The notes under the pieces: generated by a model | Told to the model about the DNA's origin: nothing | Databases searched by the model: none | What the model saw: only the letters and a program-made list of their open reading frames with translations | Assembly: GCF_009914755.1 (NCBI RefSeq) | Contig: NC_060926.1 | Strand: one strand, 5' to 3' | Length of the DNA stretch: 64,000 nt | Source: the human T2T-CHM13v2.0 reference genome, Homo sapiens | In this document: positions 14,601 to 28,808 of the stretch, one piece after another | Position numbering within the stretch: the first letter of the stretch is position 1 | Layout: every line of letters starts with the position of its first letter | Made by a program: the position numbers and the translations under genes

Positions 14601-16495
14601 CTATATTCATCTTTGGTTTTGAAAGATATATTCAATGAGTAAAGAATTCCAGTTGCCTACTTTTTTTTCTTTTTGTAATTTCCAGATGATCTTCCACTGT
14701 TTTCTAGCTTGCATTGTTTCCCACAAGAAATATACTGCCACTCTTATCTTTGTTCCTCTGTACATAGCATATCTTTTAAGATATGATACTTTTAAGATTT
14801 ATCTTTATCACTGGTTTTAAGAATTTGATTTTGATATGCCTTGGTGTAATTTTCTTCAAGTTTCTTGTACTTCAGATTTGTTCAGCTTGTTGGTATGATC
14901 TGGGGGGTTATACTTTTCATCAAATTTGGAAAAATTTTGACCATTATCTCTTAAAATATTTTCTGTCGCATTTTGCCCTTTAAGGACTCCAATTACATAT
15001 ATATATATATTTAGCTGCTTGAAATTGTCCCACAGTTCATTGATGCTGTTCATTTTTTTTTCAGCTTTTTTCCCTTGCTATTTCAATTTGCATGGTTTTT
15101 ATTGCTATCTCTTCAAATTCACTAATCTTTGTCCTGCAACGTCTAACTGCTATTAATGCCATCCATGAGGTTTTCATCTCAGACATCTCTAAAAGGTTCA
15201 AACTGGGTTTTTTTTTTGTATCTTCCATGTCTCTACTTAACAAGTTTAATCTTTCCTGTAATTTACTGGGCCTGTGGAATACAGTTACAATAACAGTTAC
15301 AGTACATTTACAATAATAAAATAATACAATAATACTGTTTAATGGCTTTATCTACTAATTTTATTTTCTATATAATTTCTGGATCCATTGTGATTAATTG
15401 ATTGTCTTCTTATTATGGGTTGTATATTTTTGCTTTTTTATCTGCCTGGCAAGTTTTGATTGGATGCCAGAAATTATATATTATATCTTTTAATAATATA
15501 TAAAATGCAATTTATATATTTTAATAATTACTGTTTAATGGCTTTATCTACTAATTTTATTTTCTGTATAATTTCTGGATCCATTGTGATTAATTGATAT
15601 TCTTCTTATTATGGGTTGCATATTTTTGCTTTTTTATCTGCCTGGCAAGTTTTGATGGGATGCCAGAAATTATATATTATATCTTTTAATAATATATAAA
15701 ATGCAATTTATGTATTTTAATAATTGTATATTATTTTTGTATTCCTTTAAATATTCTGCACAATTTATTCTGCAATATTCTGCAGTGCAGTTAAGCTTTT
15801 TAGAAACTGTTAGATCTTTCTGTGCCTTGCTCTCAAGCCTTGTTATAGTGTTTAGTCTAGGGTTAACTTTTTCCTACTACTTAAGCAAAAGACTTTTTAG
15901 TTTTCTAACCAATGCTCCATTAATGATGAGGTTTTCCACTCTGGCTTTGGAGCAGGAGCTATTCTTGATCCTATGTGGTCTTTAGGCACTATTCTCTCCA
16001 ATCCTTTCCAGTTACCACCCCACCCCCTACCCCAGCCAAGACCTCAGGTTGTTTCCTTAAATACGTGTTCTCATCATTACTCAATTGAATACTTGAGGGG
16101 GACCCTTAGAATTCTCTCTCTGTGTAGCTATGACCTTTCTAGTACCATGTCCTTTGAATTTCAGCTACCTTGTGCTCCTTAGATTCCCAACCTTGTATAT
16201 CTTCAACACAAAGAGATCACTGGCTCTGCCTCGGTTCCTGCTCCCTACATCACAGTCTGGAAAAAACTTTCTTTAGGCAGTAATCTGGGGCACTCATGGG
16301 GCTTATCTCATTTGTTCCCCATCTCTTATGTATCACTGTTCTTTGTTACCTGATGTGCAAAGTCATAGGAGATGTGCAATGTTTAATGTCAATGTTTCAT
16401 ATATATATGCATATTTTGGTTTTTTAGTTGTGTCACACAGGAAGATAAATCTGGTCTCTGTTACTTCATATTGGTCAGAAGTGCAAGTGCAATAT
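14601..16495 (-). mobile_element. Old L1M ORF1/5' region relic
   Basis: Minus-strand ORFs read NELWDNFKQLNIY..VIGV and ISEFEEIAIKTMQIE, both L1 ORF1p-like. Confidence 0.7.
15333..15725. repeat. Tandem direct duplication, 2 x ~196 bp
   Basis: TACTGTTTAATGGCTTTATCTACTAATT...ATTTTAATAATT begins at 15333 and again at 15529, with about 6 differences. Confidence 0.92.
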
Positions 16496-16821
16496 CTGGG
16501 CTCCATTCCTCTCCTATTTCGTTTTCTTTTCTTTACTAACAAGTCTTGAATGCTGCCATAGTTTTAGAGATGGAACTGGAAGGACATTGTGGAAATAGCC
16601 TCTGGCCTCACAAACAGGAGAATGTGTTTGGCTAATTTGTAAGGCTCTAGTATGGCAAGGGCCAACCTTCTTGCAGTTCAAACCTTTCCCATTTGGCCTA
16701 ATGCTGTGGGCTCTGACCTTGACCTTTATCTCTTTGGAGTTGCTGCCAGGCTATAATCCTATCCAAGACTGACATAGGTGTGCTCATGTTGCTGACAGAA
16801 CTGTAAGTGAGCAAGGTTCTA

Positions 16822-17160
16822 TTTGGTTTCTCCGGAGGCCTCTCTCCCTGGCTTGCAGATGGCCACCTTCTTGCTGTGTCCTCACATGACCTCCTCCTTT
16901 GTTGACTGTATAATGAAACATGTGGTGATTCTGCCACATACAGTGACTATGTATGCACATCCCTGGTGTCTCTCCTATGCCGGAGTCTCTTCTTCTCATA
17001 AATACACAAGTCAGATTGGATTGGAGCCCACCCTAATAACCTCATTTTAACCTACTGACCTCTTTGAAGGATCTGTCTCCTAACACAGTCACATTCTGAG
17101 GTGCGGGGGGTTAGGGCTTCAACATATGAATTAGGGGGAGACATAGTTCAGTCCACAACA
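16822..17160 (-). mobile_element. MaLR LTR (MLT1A-like)
   Basis: GGCTTGCAGATGGCCACCTTCTTGCTGTGTCCTCACATG...GTTAGGGCTTCAACATATGAATTAGGGGGAGACATAGTTCAGTCCACAACA. Confidence 0.8.
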
Positions 17161-17529
17161 AGCAGAATGTTGATCTTTGTGATTCTGTATGATAGATACA
17201 TGGGAGTTCATCATATATTTCTCTCTACTCTTGTTTTATGTTTGAAATTTTTCATAATGAAAGAGTTAAAAAATACTGCATACTTGAGCTAACACATGGA
17301 AAAATTTTGCTGAAACAAATATTTCTTCATGAAAATGTTTTGTTTTATTTATTGTCCTCTTGTGACATGCTCAACACACTTGCATATACATACATTCACA
17401 CCCACCAACACACATACACACTCCTACACATAGCATTGTAACCTTAAGCACTCTAAGTTCTTGGAGCGCAGTTACCTCTGTCCTATGTTTATTTACACAT
17501 ACCCACTTCTTTTATTGCTTTTATCATAT

Positions 17530-17675
17530 TGGGCCATGACTGTCTTTCCAAGTATACTGTAAGAGCCCTGAGCAAAAATTGTGCCATTTTTCCTTGAATG
17601 TTTAAAACTTAGCACCATATCTAGCATGAAGCAAAAACTCAATAAATGTTAGTTGAAAGAATAAATAGAATGCAA
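17530..17675 (+). mobile_element. L2 3' end
   Basis: ACTGTAAGAGCCCTGAG...CTTAGCACCATATCTAGCATGAAGCAAAAACTCAATAAATGTTAGTTGAAAGAATAAAT. Confidence 0.65.
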
Positions 17676-19545
17676 GATTTCCTCAATAATTACTGCTGAT
17701 ATTTACCTGATTCGCAGAGATAGCTTGATCTCTTGGTTGGTCTTCCATCTCAATTAGCATTTGTCTCCTTCTACATAATTCACAACAGCAAAACAAATAG
17801 ATCCATAAAAAAAATTTTTAGGACTCAAACGTCAACTATTATTTCTATATTTATAGTACAGAAATTTAACATTTCTTAAGATTTTTTAAGCAGCATATCT
17901 CAAGTACTATCAAAACTGGCTTTGACAACAATAACCACAATGGTAGTTAGCATTTATATATTGAAAAGAGATTGCACATATTTTTCACATATTTCCCATT
18001 TGAGCCCCTGGGTGGCAGGCAGTGTGGGTGATAGTATCTTCCATGCAGGGGTGAGGAAAGGAGCTCCTGGGCCAGCAACTTGCCTCCGCTCCCCCAGGTG
18101 ATGTTTGCAATGCCAAGTGCCATGGCTTCTGACTCCAACTCCAGTGAACTTCCCTGTGGATATGTTCCCTTCATGATGGAACAATCAATCGTAACTCATA
18201 TTATTTTGCTCTTTCTATATTACAAAAAGCTATGGTTGAATGATTATACCTCTGGAAATGACCCCTTTTAAATTGCTGTCAGTTTCTGTTAAATGTTACT
18301 GCTTCAAACTGGCACTTTCATCTATCAATACCAAAACCTACTTTCATGTTTAGCTGATTGTGTTTAATTTCTGAAGTGCTGAGTCTTATGATGTTTTTAT
18401 ATTTTTGGGAAGATTGAATTTATAAAATGGACACACAGGACAACTTTATGCTGTGTAGTATATTTTGCTTTTTAATGAAATAGGCACTTTTAAGTATCAT
18501 CTTTGTTAGGAATACTGCTTTCTCGGGTCTATTAATTATCTTGATATGAACTGAAATACAGTTCATTTCAGAGAAACGCTGGGCTATAAATAAGGAAAAT
18601 CTTTTCCATGAACTTTGTACCTTCAAATCTTTCCTCTGAAATATACTTTCATCATTTTAGTTCAAGAAACAATTTAAATGTACTACAAGAGTTCAGAATG
18701 ATTTTTCCCCATAGACTAGAATACCAAGTTCTCCTTTCTCAAATACCATGTGCGACAGGATGAGGTATTAGTAAAAAGAAAATAAAAACTGTTATTCTCC
18801 TTCTTGTGAACTATTTCCTTTCACACCCCACCCCCATCCCAGAAAAGAGAAATCTGACCTTGCTTCCTGGAGGCAGGCCTCCTTTCCCTCCTGCCATCCT
18901 TACCTGTCAGCCTTCTGGGTGGAGCAGTTAAAGGGTTTCTAGATCACTGATTTGGATTAGCGTGGATTGTCCCAAAGGTAAATGGCTGACGGTTAGATAA
19001 AGCAAGGGTGGACAAACCCAAGAGACAGAAAGTCATCTTCAGAAAAAGGGAGGATGATGGGGACTGAGGGTTTCCTTCAGTGGCAGCACCAGGCCCAACT
19101 TGCGTGCAGTGGGCAGATAAGGGATGGCTGGACAATGGCTGTGGCACTGGACACCAAGTGCCTTGAGAGCATCAGTGAGGGTCTCTGTGGCCATGCCTGA
19201 GGTTGAGTAGACAGCTGTAGAAAGGGGTGCCTATAAGTGTACTCAGACAGCACACTCAAGGGATAGGGCCAGGCCAGGCACAGCACAGCCGTGTGGGGTT
19301 GCAAAGAGAGTGGCAGCAAAAATGACAATCACCATGGACTACCAGTGTCCTGCTCTGTTTATATCCTATCCATTCACTCATTTATTGTTGGTCTACCTCT
19401 CTGGTAAGTTTCTCATTATTTTTTGATTGTATAATGAATGATTCAGTGAGTTTTCCAGCTATTATTTAAAGCTCCTCGATTCTTATAACAGAGAGGGCTC
19501 CAAAACATGTCTAGTTCAAATTTCTTGCCACCCTGTGATTCCTGT

Positions 19546-19917
19546 TGCTGTGGTTTGGATCTGTGTCCCCACCCAAATCCTATGTTGAATTGTAATCCCC
19601 AATGTTGAAGGTAAGGGCATGGTGGGAGGGAATTGGATCATGAGGTTGGTTTCTAGTGGTTTAGCACCATCCCCCTAGTGCTCTTCGCATGATAGTGAGT
19701 TATTGTGAGATCTTGTTGTTTAAAAGTATGTAGCACCTCCCCACTCTCTCTCGTGATCCTGCTCCACCATGTAAGATGCCTGGCTCTCCATTCACCTCTG
19801 CCATGATTGCAAGTTTCCTGAGGCCTCACCAGAAGCTGAGCCAATTAAATCTCTTTTCTTTATAAATTACCCAGTCTCAGGTATTTCTTTATAGCAGTGT
19901 AAGAATGGACCGATACA
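19546..19917 (+). mobile_element. MSTA-like MaLR solo LTR
   Basis: TGCTGTGGTTTGGATCTGTGTCCCCACCCAAATC...ATAAATTACCCAGTCTCAGGTATTTCTTTATAGCAG...GATACA; TSD CCTGT/CTTGT. Confidence 0.88.
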
Positions 19918-20337
19918 CTTGTTTATATGTCAAACCTTAGCAGCACCCTCTCTCCTGTTGCAGTGGTACAGGTCCTTAGAGTAGTCCTGGTACTCTTTTC
20001 ATTATGTTACTTCAACACTTGAATTCCTCAGAAGATACTTGTGTGAAAAGAAATTTGTTCATATCTTCTAGATCTTTGTATCACTTGGAATGCTTTTGGT
20101 TGTGCTTTGGTTATCTACTGCTGCATAAAAAAAACTGTAAAACTTAGTGTTTTAAAACAATTTGTTATATCACTCATGATTCTATAATTTGATGGGGCTC
20201 AGCTGGGTGGTTCTTGCTTGGTATATTTTGTGTGGTTGCAGTGAGATGGCAGCTTGGGCTAGAGTCATCTAAAGACCTGACTGGGCTGGATATCCCAGAT
20301 GGTCACTCATGTGACTAGCAGTTGATGTGGCTGTTGG

Positions 20338-20675
20338 TGACAAGGACTCCCTACTTGAACAAACTTCAGTCAGGCTTCTCCAAGCTGTCTTCTTTGCCAG
20401 ACCTCATCCTCGGCCTCTTGTTCTTGGTCTGTCCAGCCTAGTTTTATCAAGAATCCTGCCAAGTGAATTTAGCAAGAATCTTCTACCTTTACAGTTTGTC
20501 AAGTTCACCTTATTAATTTTCCATCCACTGACTTCCTTATCCTGCCCATTAGCTATAAACCCCCAGCTACTACTGTTGTATTCAGAGTTCAGTTCCATCT
20601 CTCTTCCCTATTGCAGTAGTTTTGAATAAAGTCTTTCTTGCCTGCTTAACTTATTTGATGCAATTTGTCTTTGAA
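20338..20675 (+). mobile_element. ERV1 solo LTR (MER31-like)
   Basis: TGACAAGGACTCCCTACTTGAACAAACTTCAGTCAGGCT...CTATAAACCCC...GAATAAAGTCTTTCTTGCC. Confidence 0.7.
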
Positions 20676-20758
20676 ACTGGCTAGGAAGTCAGCTTGGGCT
20701 ATCAACTAGAGTACCTATGTGTTTCCTCTCCATGTGGCTTGGGCTTCTCACTGCATCA

Positions 20759-21103
<345 letters not shown>

Positions 21104-23014
21104 TCAATAAGAGAAGTAAATAATTTATAGACATATTTAATCTACCGTAGACTATAAGGAATAAAAGGAAAACACACCAAAAAGTGGCCTAAATAATAAG
21201 ACTACTTACTATACTGTATACCTAGAAGTTTGAAGGTAGGGCAATTCTAAGTTTGCCTCAAATGTCAACAGAGACACTTTTATTTCTGTTATCCTCTTTT
21301 GCTGATTCTGACAGTGGCTGCTTGGCTCCAAGTAATCTTACGAAGACAAGAATATCCAGAGGTAGAAAAGGGGAAATATTCCTGTTTTTGCTTTTTTTGA
21401 TTTTTAAGAATAATGAAAACCCTTCTAGAATCATCCCAGTTGATTTCCCCTCACTTATAACTGGACAGAATTATATTATACATTCATATTTAAACCAATT
21501 ACCTGGCAAGAGAATAAAACAACCATGAATGGCTTGAATCAGTCATGATTCAGTCCCTGGGCTGAGGGTAACCTCAATAAGAGAACATAGCTACTCAGAG
21601 AAAAATGAACAAAATTAGGGCTTCATCAGGACCAGGTCCCTGAGCAATGTAACAATGCCAAATGTCTCCTGAGGTTAGATACGAAGCCCAGGCTATGAGG
21701 TCAAACCTTTGAAAATCCATTAGGAAGGTGTCATGGTAGAGATCAACACACCGTCTCTTACAAGTCTGACAAAGTGTTAGAATGGATTTCTGTTTCTATA
21801 ATTTAGCACTAGATTAAGTACCTACGTTTAGATGCCTTACTCTACAAAAAATTAAATGTTTGAAGCGATTAGTTCAGCAAGATGTTTATATTGTGAGAGG
21901 CATGTGGGTATCAAATGGCTAAGGGAACAATGGATATATATCTCCCATTTGTGCATGGAAAACAATGTAGCAATTTCCCATTTATTCTCTTTCTTTCAAG
22001 TCTCCTCTCTTTACTCCTTCTCCCCCACTCCCACCCCCACTCTCTCACTCCCTGTTGTGGAGTAGAAATAGGTGAATGTGTAAAAGCGAAGTGTATATAC
22101 CATGGAGCTCTACTGTCCACCATGTGGTTGTTAGATCCCTCTAGAGTCTCAGCCATCTTTCCTCTCTGGAAAGCCTGGGCTAACTATGCTCAAGGAAAGC
22201 TTTGGAATCCCCTTTATTTCTCTCTCTTGATTCTGGCAAGCAGCCAGCTTTCCTTCTTCTCTGCCCTGCTCCAGTTCCTTTTAACTCTTCAGAATCAAAA
22301 ATAACCTGCAGACTGAAGGTATCCCCAGCCCCCAAGTGGACCTCCAGCTGACAAAGTGGCCACTAGAGACCCTAAAACAGCTTCCCAGGGCTCTTAAGTC
22401 AGCTTTTCCCCTCTACAAGATTTTAGTAAACTTTTTATGGTGCCAGGCTCTCTGCTAGGTGGCAAGGACACTGTGGTAAATAAAACTTAGTCATAAATCA
22501 CATTCCTTCTAAAAAACAAACGAGAGTTTAACCTAGTGCCACCTGTCTTTGTACCTCATGGAGCACATAGGAAAATTATATTTTGTATTACACACCTGGA
22601 CTTGTGCCATATCGTAGCCCTTATAGACGGCTCTCTGTAGATTGCTATTCATCCAAGCTTACTAGCAAGATAAGAATTCATGTGTTTAGGAAACATTCAG
22701 AGAGACCTTTACGAAAATACTTGTCAAGCATAATTTCAACTGTTGTAAATTTGGAAATGACTCAGTTTTGTCACCACTGAGAAAAAGTACAAACATCAAT
22801 ATCTTGTGGCACACCTGTTATCTATTTGCAGAACCTCTAGTTTAATGAATTCTTTCATTTTTCCCTAAAATCTGACCCATAGCCCTCTAAACATTTTAGG
22901 GAAGGAGAAAGAAGGAATTCACCACATCCAGGCTGGGCACTGTCCTGAAGCCCTCGTTGCCCTTCTCTATGGTGGTCTTTGGTGTTTGTCTTCATTATAA
23001 GTTGTTGACTTTCA

Positions 23015-23311
23015 TTTCTATTTTTAAATTTTTATTTTTTAGAGACAGGGTCTTGCTTTGTTGTCTAGCCTGGAGTGCAGTGGCGTCATCATGGCTCACT
23101 GCAGCCTTGAACCTGTGGACTCAAGTGATCCTCCTGAATAGCTGGGACTACTGGCATATGCCACCATGCCCAGCTAATTTTTTAAATGTTTTGAAGAGAT
23201 GGGGTTTTGCTATGTTGCCCAGGCTGACCTTGAACTCCTGGCCTGAAGTGATTCTTTCACCTCAGCCTCTGAAAACACTGGGATAACAGACATGAGCCAC
23301 AGAGCCCAGCC
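23015..23311 (-). mobile_element. AluJ SINE
   Basis: AGAGACAGGGTCTTGC...GCTCACTGCAGCCTTGAAC...CATGAGCCACAGAGCCCAGCC. Confidence 0.92.
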
Positions 23312-24049
23312 TACTTTCAGTTCTTTTAGTTTTCTAACAGTAGGGACAATAAAGCTAGCTCAGGCACAGCCCAGGCCCTCCTTGTCCCTTACTCTTGTCT
23401 GCATAGCACCTTCACCTCTGCTCTCTTCTCCATTGCCAGGCTGCCAGCCCTCACCTGTCTCTGCTGTATGGCAGTACCTACCCCCACTGCATCTGTGTTG
23501 AGTGGCAGTGACCTTTGTGGTGGGCACACATGCTGGTGGGGAACTGACCATGGTGTGGTTAATGTCTGTGTGAGTGGGAAGGAGTTAGGAGCCATCAGAA
23601 TCTTTTATTTCCCATTTTCATCCATGACAATAAAGATATGGATGATATCACTGTTGTAGGCTAAGATAACTTCAAGGTTTTCTTCTTCCTTTCTGGTAGC
23701 ACTTGCTTTTGGAAGTGAGAAAAAGGTCCAGATACTCCCTTCAGTCACTCATGGATGCTGCAGGCTGAGCAGTAAATAACTCTCAGGTTTTCTCTTTGCC
23801 AGCTTCCCCAACATCTTCTGGCTTCCAGCACATTTACAGTTGTCTCTGGTCCAAGTTACTGGAAAGAGACCTCCTCAGCGTTCCAGATTCTACAAGGAAG
23901 TTATTCTTATTTAAAAACCACACACATGTTGCTGCTGTGGTTTAGTCTATCATAATTTCTCATTATTCTTATAATATAGTAGTTCACCATAGTTTTCTAA
24001 GTGGTCCTCCAGCTCTCCTCAACCTCAACTCCCTGTCACCACCCCAAGC

Positions 24050-25220
24050 CATTAGCCAAAAGTGGCTTCCAGAAAAGGAAATCTTATCAAATCACATCCC
24101 TACTTAAACTCTTTCTTGAACTGTCCCTGCTAATAAAATAAAGGCTTCCTTCATTTGAATTCTCTGTGCAAATGCCTTATCAGACACCACCCTATCTCAA
24201 ATAGCACCTACCCCTTACTCTGTGTCTCCTTACATTGGTTGATTTTCATCCTGAGCACTTATCACTGATACAGGAGGGGGGCAGGGCAGTGCTGGGTAGA
24301 GAAGGGCAGGGTCCCTGATGAGGGCTCCACCCTCAGGTCTGTGCCCACAGACCTAAGTGAGGACAGGCACTCCTGCTTTCACGCCCAAATATTGCATTTT
24401 TCCAAGACCACTCTGGCCCACCACGTCCCCCATCCTGTGACTCTCAAACCCCCAAGACCCTAGTGGGCACACACATAAGCAACTGGACATCGAGAGGAAC
24501 ACACAAGCAGAAGAAAACACTGGCAGATGCTGGCAGGCCATCGACGGCAGAAAGAGGCAGACGCTGAGGAGAATTCGGTTGGAGGAGAGTCTAGTCACTG
24601 GGCGGTTGGAAGAAAGTCTAGTCCTGGGCGGCCCCACTCCATGGGAAGACCATCTTCCCACTCCACCCCGCTTCTGGCTTCCCCATCTACCTCTCTGAGA
24701 GCTGCGTTTACTCAATAAGACCTTGCACCCATCTTCCAAGCCCACATATGATCTGATTTTTCCAGTACGCTAGGGCAAGAACCCCAGGATACAGAAAGCC
24801 CTCTGTCCTTGAGATAAGGCAGAGGGTCTAATTGAGCTGATTAGCACAAGCCGCCTGCAGACAGCAAAACTGAAAGAGCACACTGTAACACACGCCTGCT
24901 GGGGCTTCCGGAGCTGTAAACACTCAACCCTAGATGCGCTGTGGGGTCGGAGCCCCATGACTTGCCCCTCTGCATGTTCCCCCTAGGGGTTTGAGCAGTG
25001 GGACGCAGAAGAAGCGAGCCGCAGCCCCATCGCATGCCCTGTGAGGGGGATAAGGGAAAACTTTTCCTGTTTCATCACCACATGCCGCAATATATACGTT
25101 TATTGTCTGTCACCTCCCCCCTAGGATGTAAGCCCCATAAAGGGTTTCTGTCTGCTTTATTCATGGCTGTCTGCTGGCATGTTGTAGGTGTTCAGTAAAT
25201 AGCTGATTGTGAAATGTTGA
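24050..25220 (+). mobile_element. L2 fragment, split by the LTR at 24266-25074
   Basis: TTCATCCTGAGCACTTATCAC continues after the LTR as ...TTTATTGTCTGTCACCTCCCCCCTAGGATGTAAGCCCC...TAGGTGTTCAGTAAAT. Confidence 0.65.
24266..25074 (+). mobile_element. ERV1 solo LTR (LTR1/LTR28 group, HUERS-P2-related)
   Basis: TGATACAGGAGGGGGGCAGGGCAGTGCTGGGTAGAGAAGGGC...GGGAAAACTTTTCCTGTTTCA; TG...CA termini and exact 4-bp TSD TCAC. Confidence 0.85.
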
Positions 25221-25479
25221 ATGAAAATATATTTTACAATCAGTTCCCAGCCCACATTCAGAGTCTCCAGCCCTGCTCCCCGACTCCATCCAGTACTACC
25301 TTCTTCACACATGGAATTTGCCACATGCTTTCAGATCTCTATAATTTGGGATAATTTTTTCTCTTTGCCTGCTCGTTTTCTTTCCCATCTGCACAGACTA
25401 CGCCTTCTCTGTTCCTTTGGCACTTGGAACAGAGTTCTCTTTGGGCATGGAACACTGTAATTACCTGTTTATTTGGAAG

Positions 25480-25685
25480 GTAGTAGAAAGTCCTGGATAT
25501 GAGTATGGGAGCTAGACTCAGGTTGCTAAGGTTTGAATAATGACTTCATCATTTACTAACTGTGACTTTGGGCTAATTGCATAATCTCAGTTTCTCAGTG
25601 TACTCATAGATAATAATGAGAAGGATGATGGCAACTATTTATAGAGTAGGGCCCAACACATAGTAAGTCCTCAGTGAATGCTACC
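25480..25685 (+). mobile_element. MIR SINE
   Basis: TTTACTAACTGTGACTTTGGGCTAATTGCATAATCTCAGTTTCTCAG...CACATAGTAAGTCCTCAGTGAATG. Confidence 0.65.
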
Positions 25686-26481
25686 AGGGGTAGCATGCTG
25701 TTGCTCTTTTCCATGTGTGTGAGTGGATCATGGGCAAAGATTTTTTTTTTCTTGTGTCTAGCAATGTCTCTGTCCTCAAGGGGACAAATCAGTATTCTTT
25801 TTCTCTTTTTCTTTCCCTTCATTTCTCTCTTTCTCCCCCTCTTTCATTCATCCACTATTATCTACACAGGCACCATGTTAGATACCATTCATAGATACAT
25901 AAAAAGAATTTTAGTACAATGTAAAAGGTATGTTAATAGAGGTAGAAACAGTCTGGTGCCTTGAGAGTTGTCTTTGTGGATGAAAATACTATGTGAGCTA
26001 AGGACTTGGTGTCTTGAAGGGCCAGTAGAATATAGATTGAGGTCATTTCATTTAGAAAGTGATCATTATGTTATTTTCTAATGATAGTTTAAAAGGCATA
26101 TTTAATGAGGGAATAAAAATATATATAAATACAATTTCATTTTTAATATCTTTAGTTTGTAAATAAACCTAATACCATTATAACTTAAGACCCACTAACT
26201 TTGAGTACGTGTTGGAATTTATTTCAGAATCTAGTTAAGGCTAACTTCAGGCAAGCTTTTCAGCAGCCGAAGGATAAAAAGAGGTTCTCTTTCTTCCTCC
26301 CCTCTTCTTTGTCCCTGTGCCATTTTTACTGTCTAAACTTGCACTCAATTTATCCAAGTAGTTCTGTGATCTTTAGAAAATAGATTCTGAAGTCCGTCTC
26401 ATAAATATTAAAATCTTTAATAGTTCACATCTTTATTTTTTGTATTTTTAATGAGTGGAAATAATTCTTTTTAAAGGTATC

Positions 26482-26858
26482 TGCTATAGGTTGAATGTTT
26501 GTATTATCCGTAAAATTCATATGTTGAAATTCAAATCCCCAGTATGATGGTATTAGGCAGTAGGGCCTTTAGGAAGTGATTAGATCATGAGGGTGGAGTC
26601 CTCATAAGTGATTAGTGCTCTTATGAAAATACAGGAGAAAGCATCTCTCTCTGCTTTCTGCCTTCTGTTCTCTGCCATGTGAGGATACAATGAAAAGGTG
26701 GACATCTACAAACCAAGAAGCCGGTCCTCACCAAACACTGGATCTGCTGGCATCTTTATCTTGGACTTCCCAACCTCCAGAACTGAGAAATACATTTCTG
26801 TTATTTAAGTCTCCCAGGCTTAAACAACATTTTAAAACTGGCAGCTTGCACTAAGACA
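26482..26858 (+). mobile_element. MaLR solo LTR (MLT1A/MSTD-like)
   Basis: TGCTATAGGTTGAATGTTTG...AAAATTCATATGTTGAAAT...TTGGACTTCCCAACCTCCAGAACTGAGAAAT...CTAAGACA. Confidence 0.8.
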
Positions 26859-28661
26859 CTACCGGAAACAATTTCTCTTAACTCAGGTCCTTGTGCATTT
26901 ATATGTAGTAGAAAAAACACGGGTAAGTTAACATCTTTACTACATGTTAGCAATTTGATTTTGGGCAAATTAATAAATCTCTGAACATTGATGTCCTTAT
27001 TTGAAAATTGGGGCTAATCATACTTACCTCATGGAATTAGCTTTTTGGAGAAGTAAATCTAGTCCTAAACATAATGTCCTTAACACAGTACCTGACTCAA
27101 AGGCAAGCAATTCATGAAAGCTTGCACCTTCAGTGCCTATGTGGAATTCACTGTAATAGTTCAGAATGGTGGTATCAGCTGTTTATTTTTTCCAGAATAG
27201 ATAACCAGATTTTATTAACCACTTCTTATCCCAGTCTCATCCAAACTGCTCCTCTTCCCAGCTGGCTTCATTAATATTTTCAGAAAAATCTGGAGACAAA
27301 ACCTGGAGGGAAAGAGGGGGAACAAGTTCATAAAAGAACAAAGATTCTTCTAGTAAGAGATAAGCCCTAATTTTGTTCTGTGCACATCTATCATGTCCCT
27401 TGCTGGTAAATTTCTGGAGAATAGGCACCATATCTTAACTGGATTCCTCACTACCTTTCACCTCATTTGAAAGTGAGACATACTAAAATAGTAACTACAA
27501 TACATGGCCACACATAATGTTTTAGGGACCCTGGAGTGATAGGAGTATAGTGATAATGATATCTCACCAACGTGGAAGTCACTTAAGCCTCTTAACTTTA
27601 GCAGTATTGGGAATACATGTGGAAAAATCAGAGCTGGAAGGAAGCCAAACTCAATGAAGTTCCAGGCTGTCTCCTTCTATTTCTTCCTTCCTTGCTTAGT
27701 AATTAGATTTTAGGAAGAGTGACAATGAGGAGAAAATGAATGGAAGGGTGCCAGCAGAAAGGTTATTTTAGGGTCATGTCTATAGATTCAAATAAAGGTG
27801 AATGAGTGAAAATGAAATAAAGCTGCTAAGAGAAATGAAACATGTTTCCAGTCCCAGAGTTATCTCACACTTTTTCACAAGTTTTGAAGTCAGGAAGCTT
27901 GCTCTTATATGATCAAATCTCTCTGGTTTAATCAGCCAAAATATTTCAGTGTTTATCATTCTCTCTTGGTGAATTGCTAGAACTAGAAGTTCTCAATTGT
28001 TCATTACAAAATAGGTAGTAGAATGTCAATTATATAATATGGACTCAGTACATTTAGCAGGGTTATACGATGGAAATTTGCACAAATAATTACTGAAGTT
28101 TGATCAAAGCTCATACCTCTGCTGGAAAAAATAGCAGCTGGACAAGCAATGCCGAGGAGATAGTTTGTATGGCCTATTGCATATGTAAGCCGATATGTAT
28201 TAGCAATGATTTCAGGTTTTTAGGTATTAGTAAGACTTTATTTGGAAAGGGAAAAGTCCATTCTCAGTTCTGTAGCGTGAGGACCAAACATGCGCAACTA
28301 AAGAACTGAGACCCACTTTCTGAAAATTGACCATTGCCATGGTGACCACTTAGTTGTCCACTAAAACTATTTTTGCTTTTATACCGAGCCCATGGCTGGA
28401 CTACATTTCCTAGTCCTCCTTGCAATTAGGTGCATCCACATGACTAAGATCTCGCAGTGGAATGTGAGTGCAAGTGAAGGTGCCTCCTTCACCTGGGCCC
28501 AAACACAGTGGGTGATTCTTCTCTAGTGTTCTCCTCTATGCATTCCTCCATGTTCCTTTCTCCTCTGTGATGGTCGGTTCTATGTGCCAACTTGGCTAGG
28601 CTATAGTCCCTAGTTAATTCAATAAAATGAGCATTGAGGTATTGATGTGAAGGTATTTTAC

Positions 28662-28808
28662 TTATTTATTTGTTATTTATTCATTTATTTTAAATAGAGA
28701 CAGAGTCTCACTATGTTGCCCAGGCTGGTCTGGAATTCTTGGGCCAAGCAGTCCTGCCTTGGCCTCAAAATATGTTGGGGTTACAAGTAAGAGCCACCAC
28801 ATCCAGCC
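28662..28808 (-). mobile_element. FLAM Alu monomer
   Basis: Single antisense monomer; TSD TGTGAAG(G/A)TATTTTA. Confidence 0.85.

Noticed and set aside
21630-22400. Possible ERVL/MaLR internal end and LTR, plus a 129-aa ORF
   Set aside because: Resemblance is too weak to name a family, and the ORF is low-complexity with no homology I recognise.
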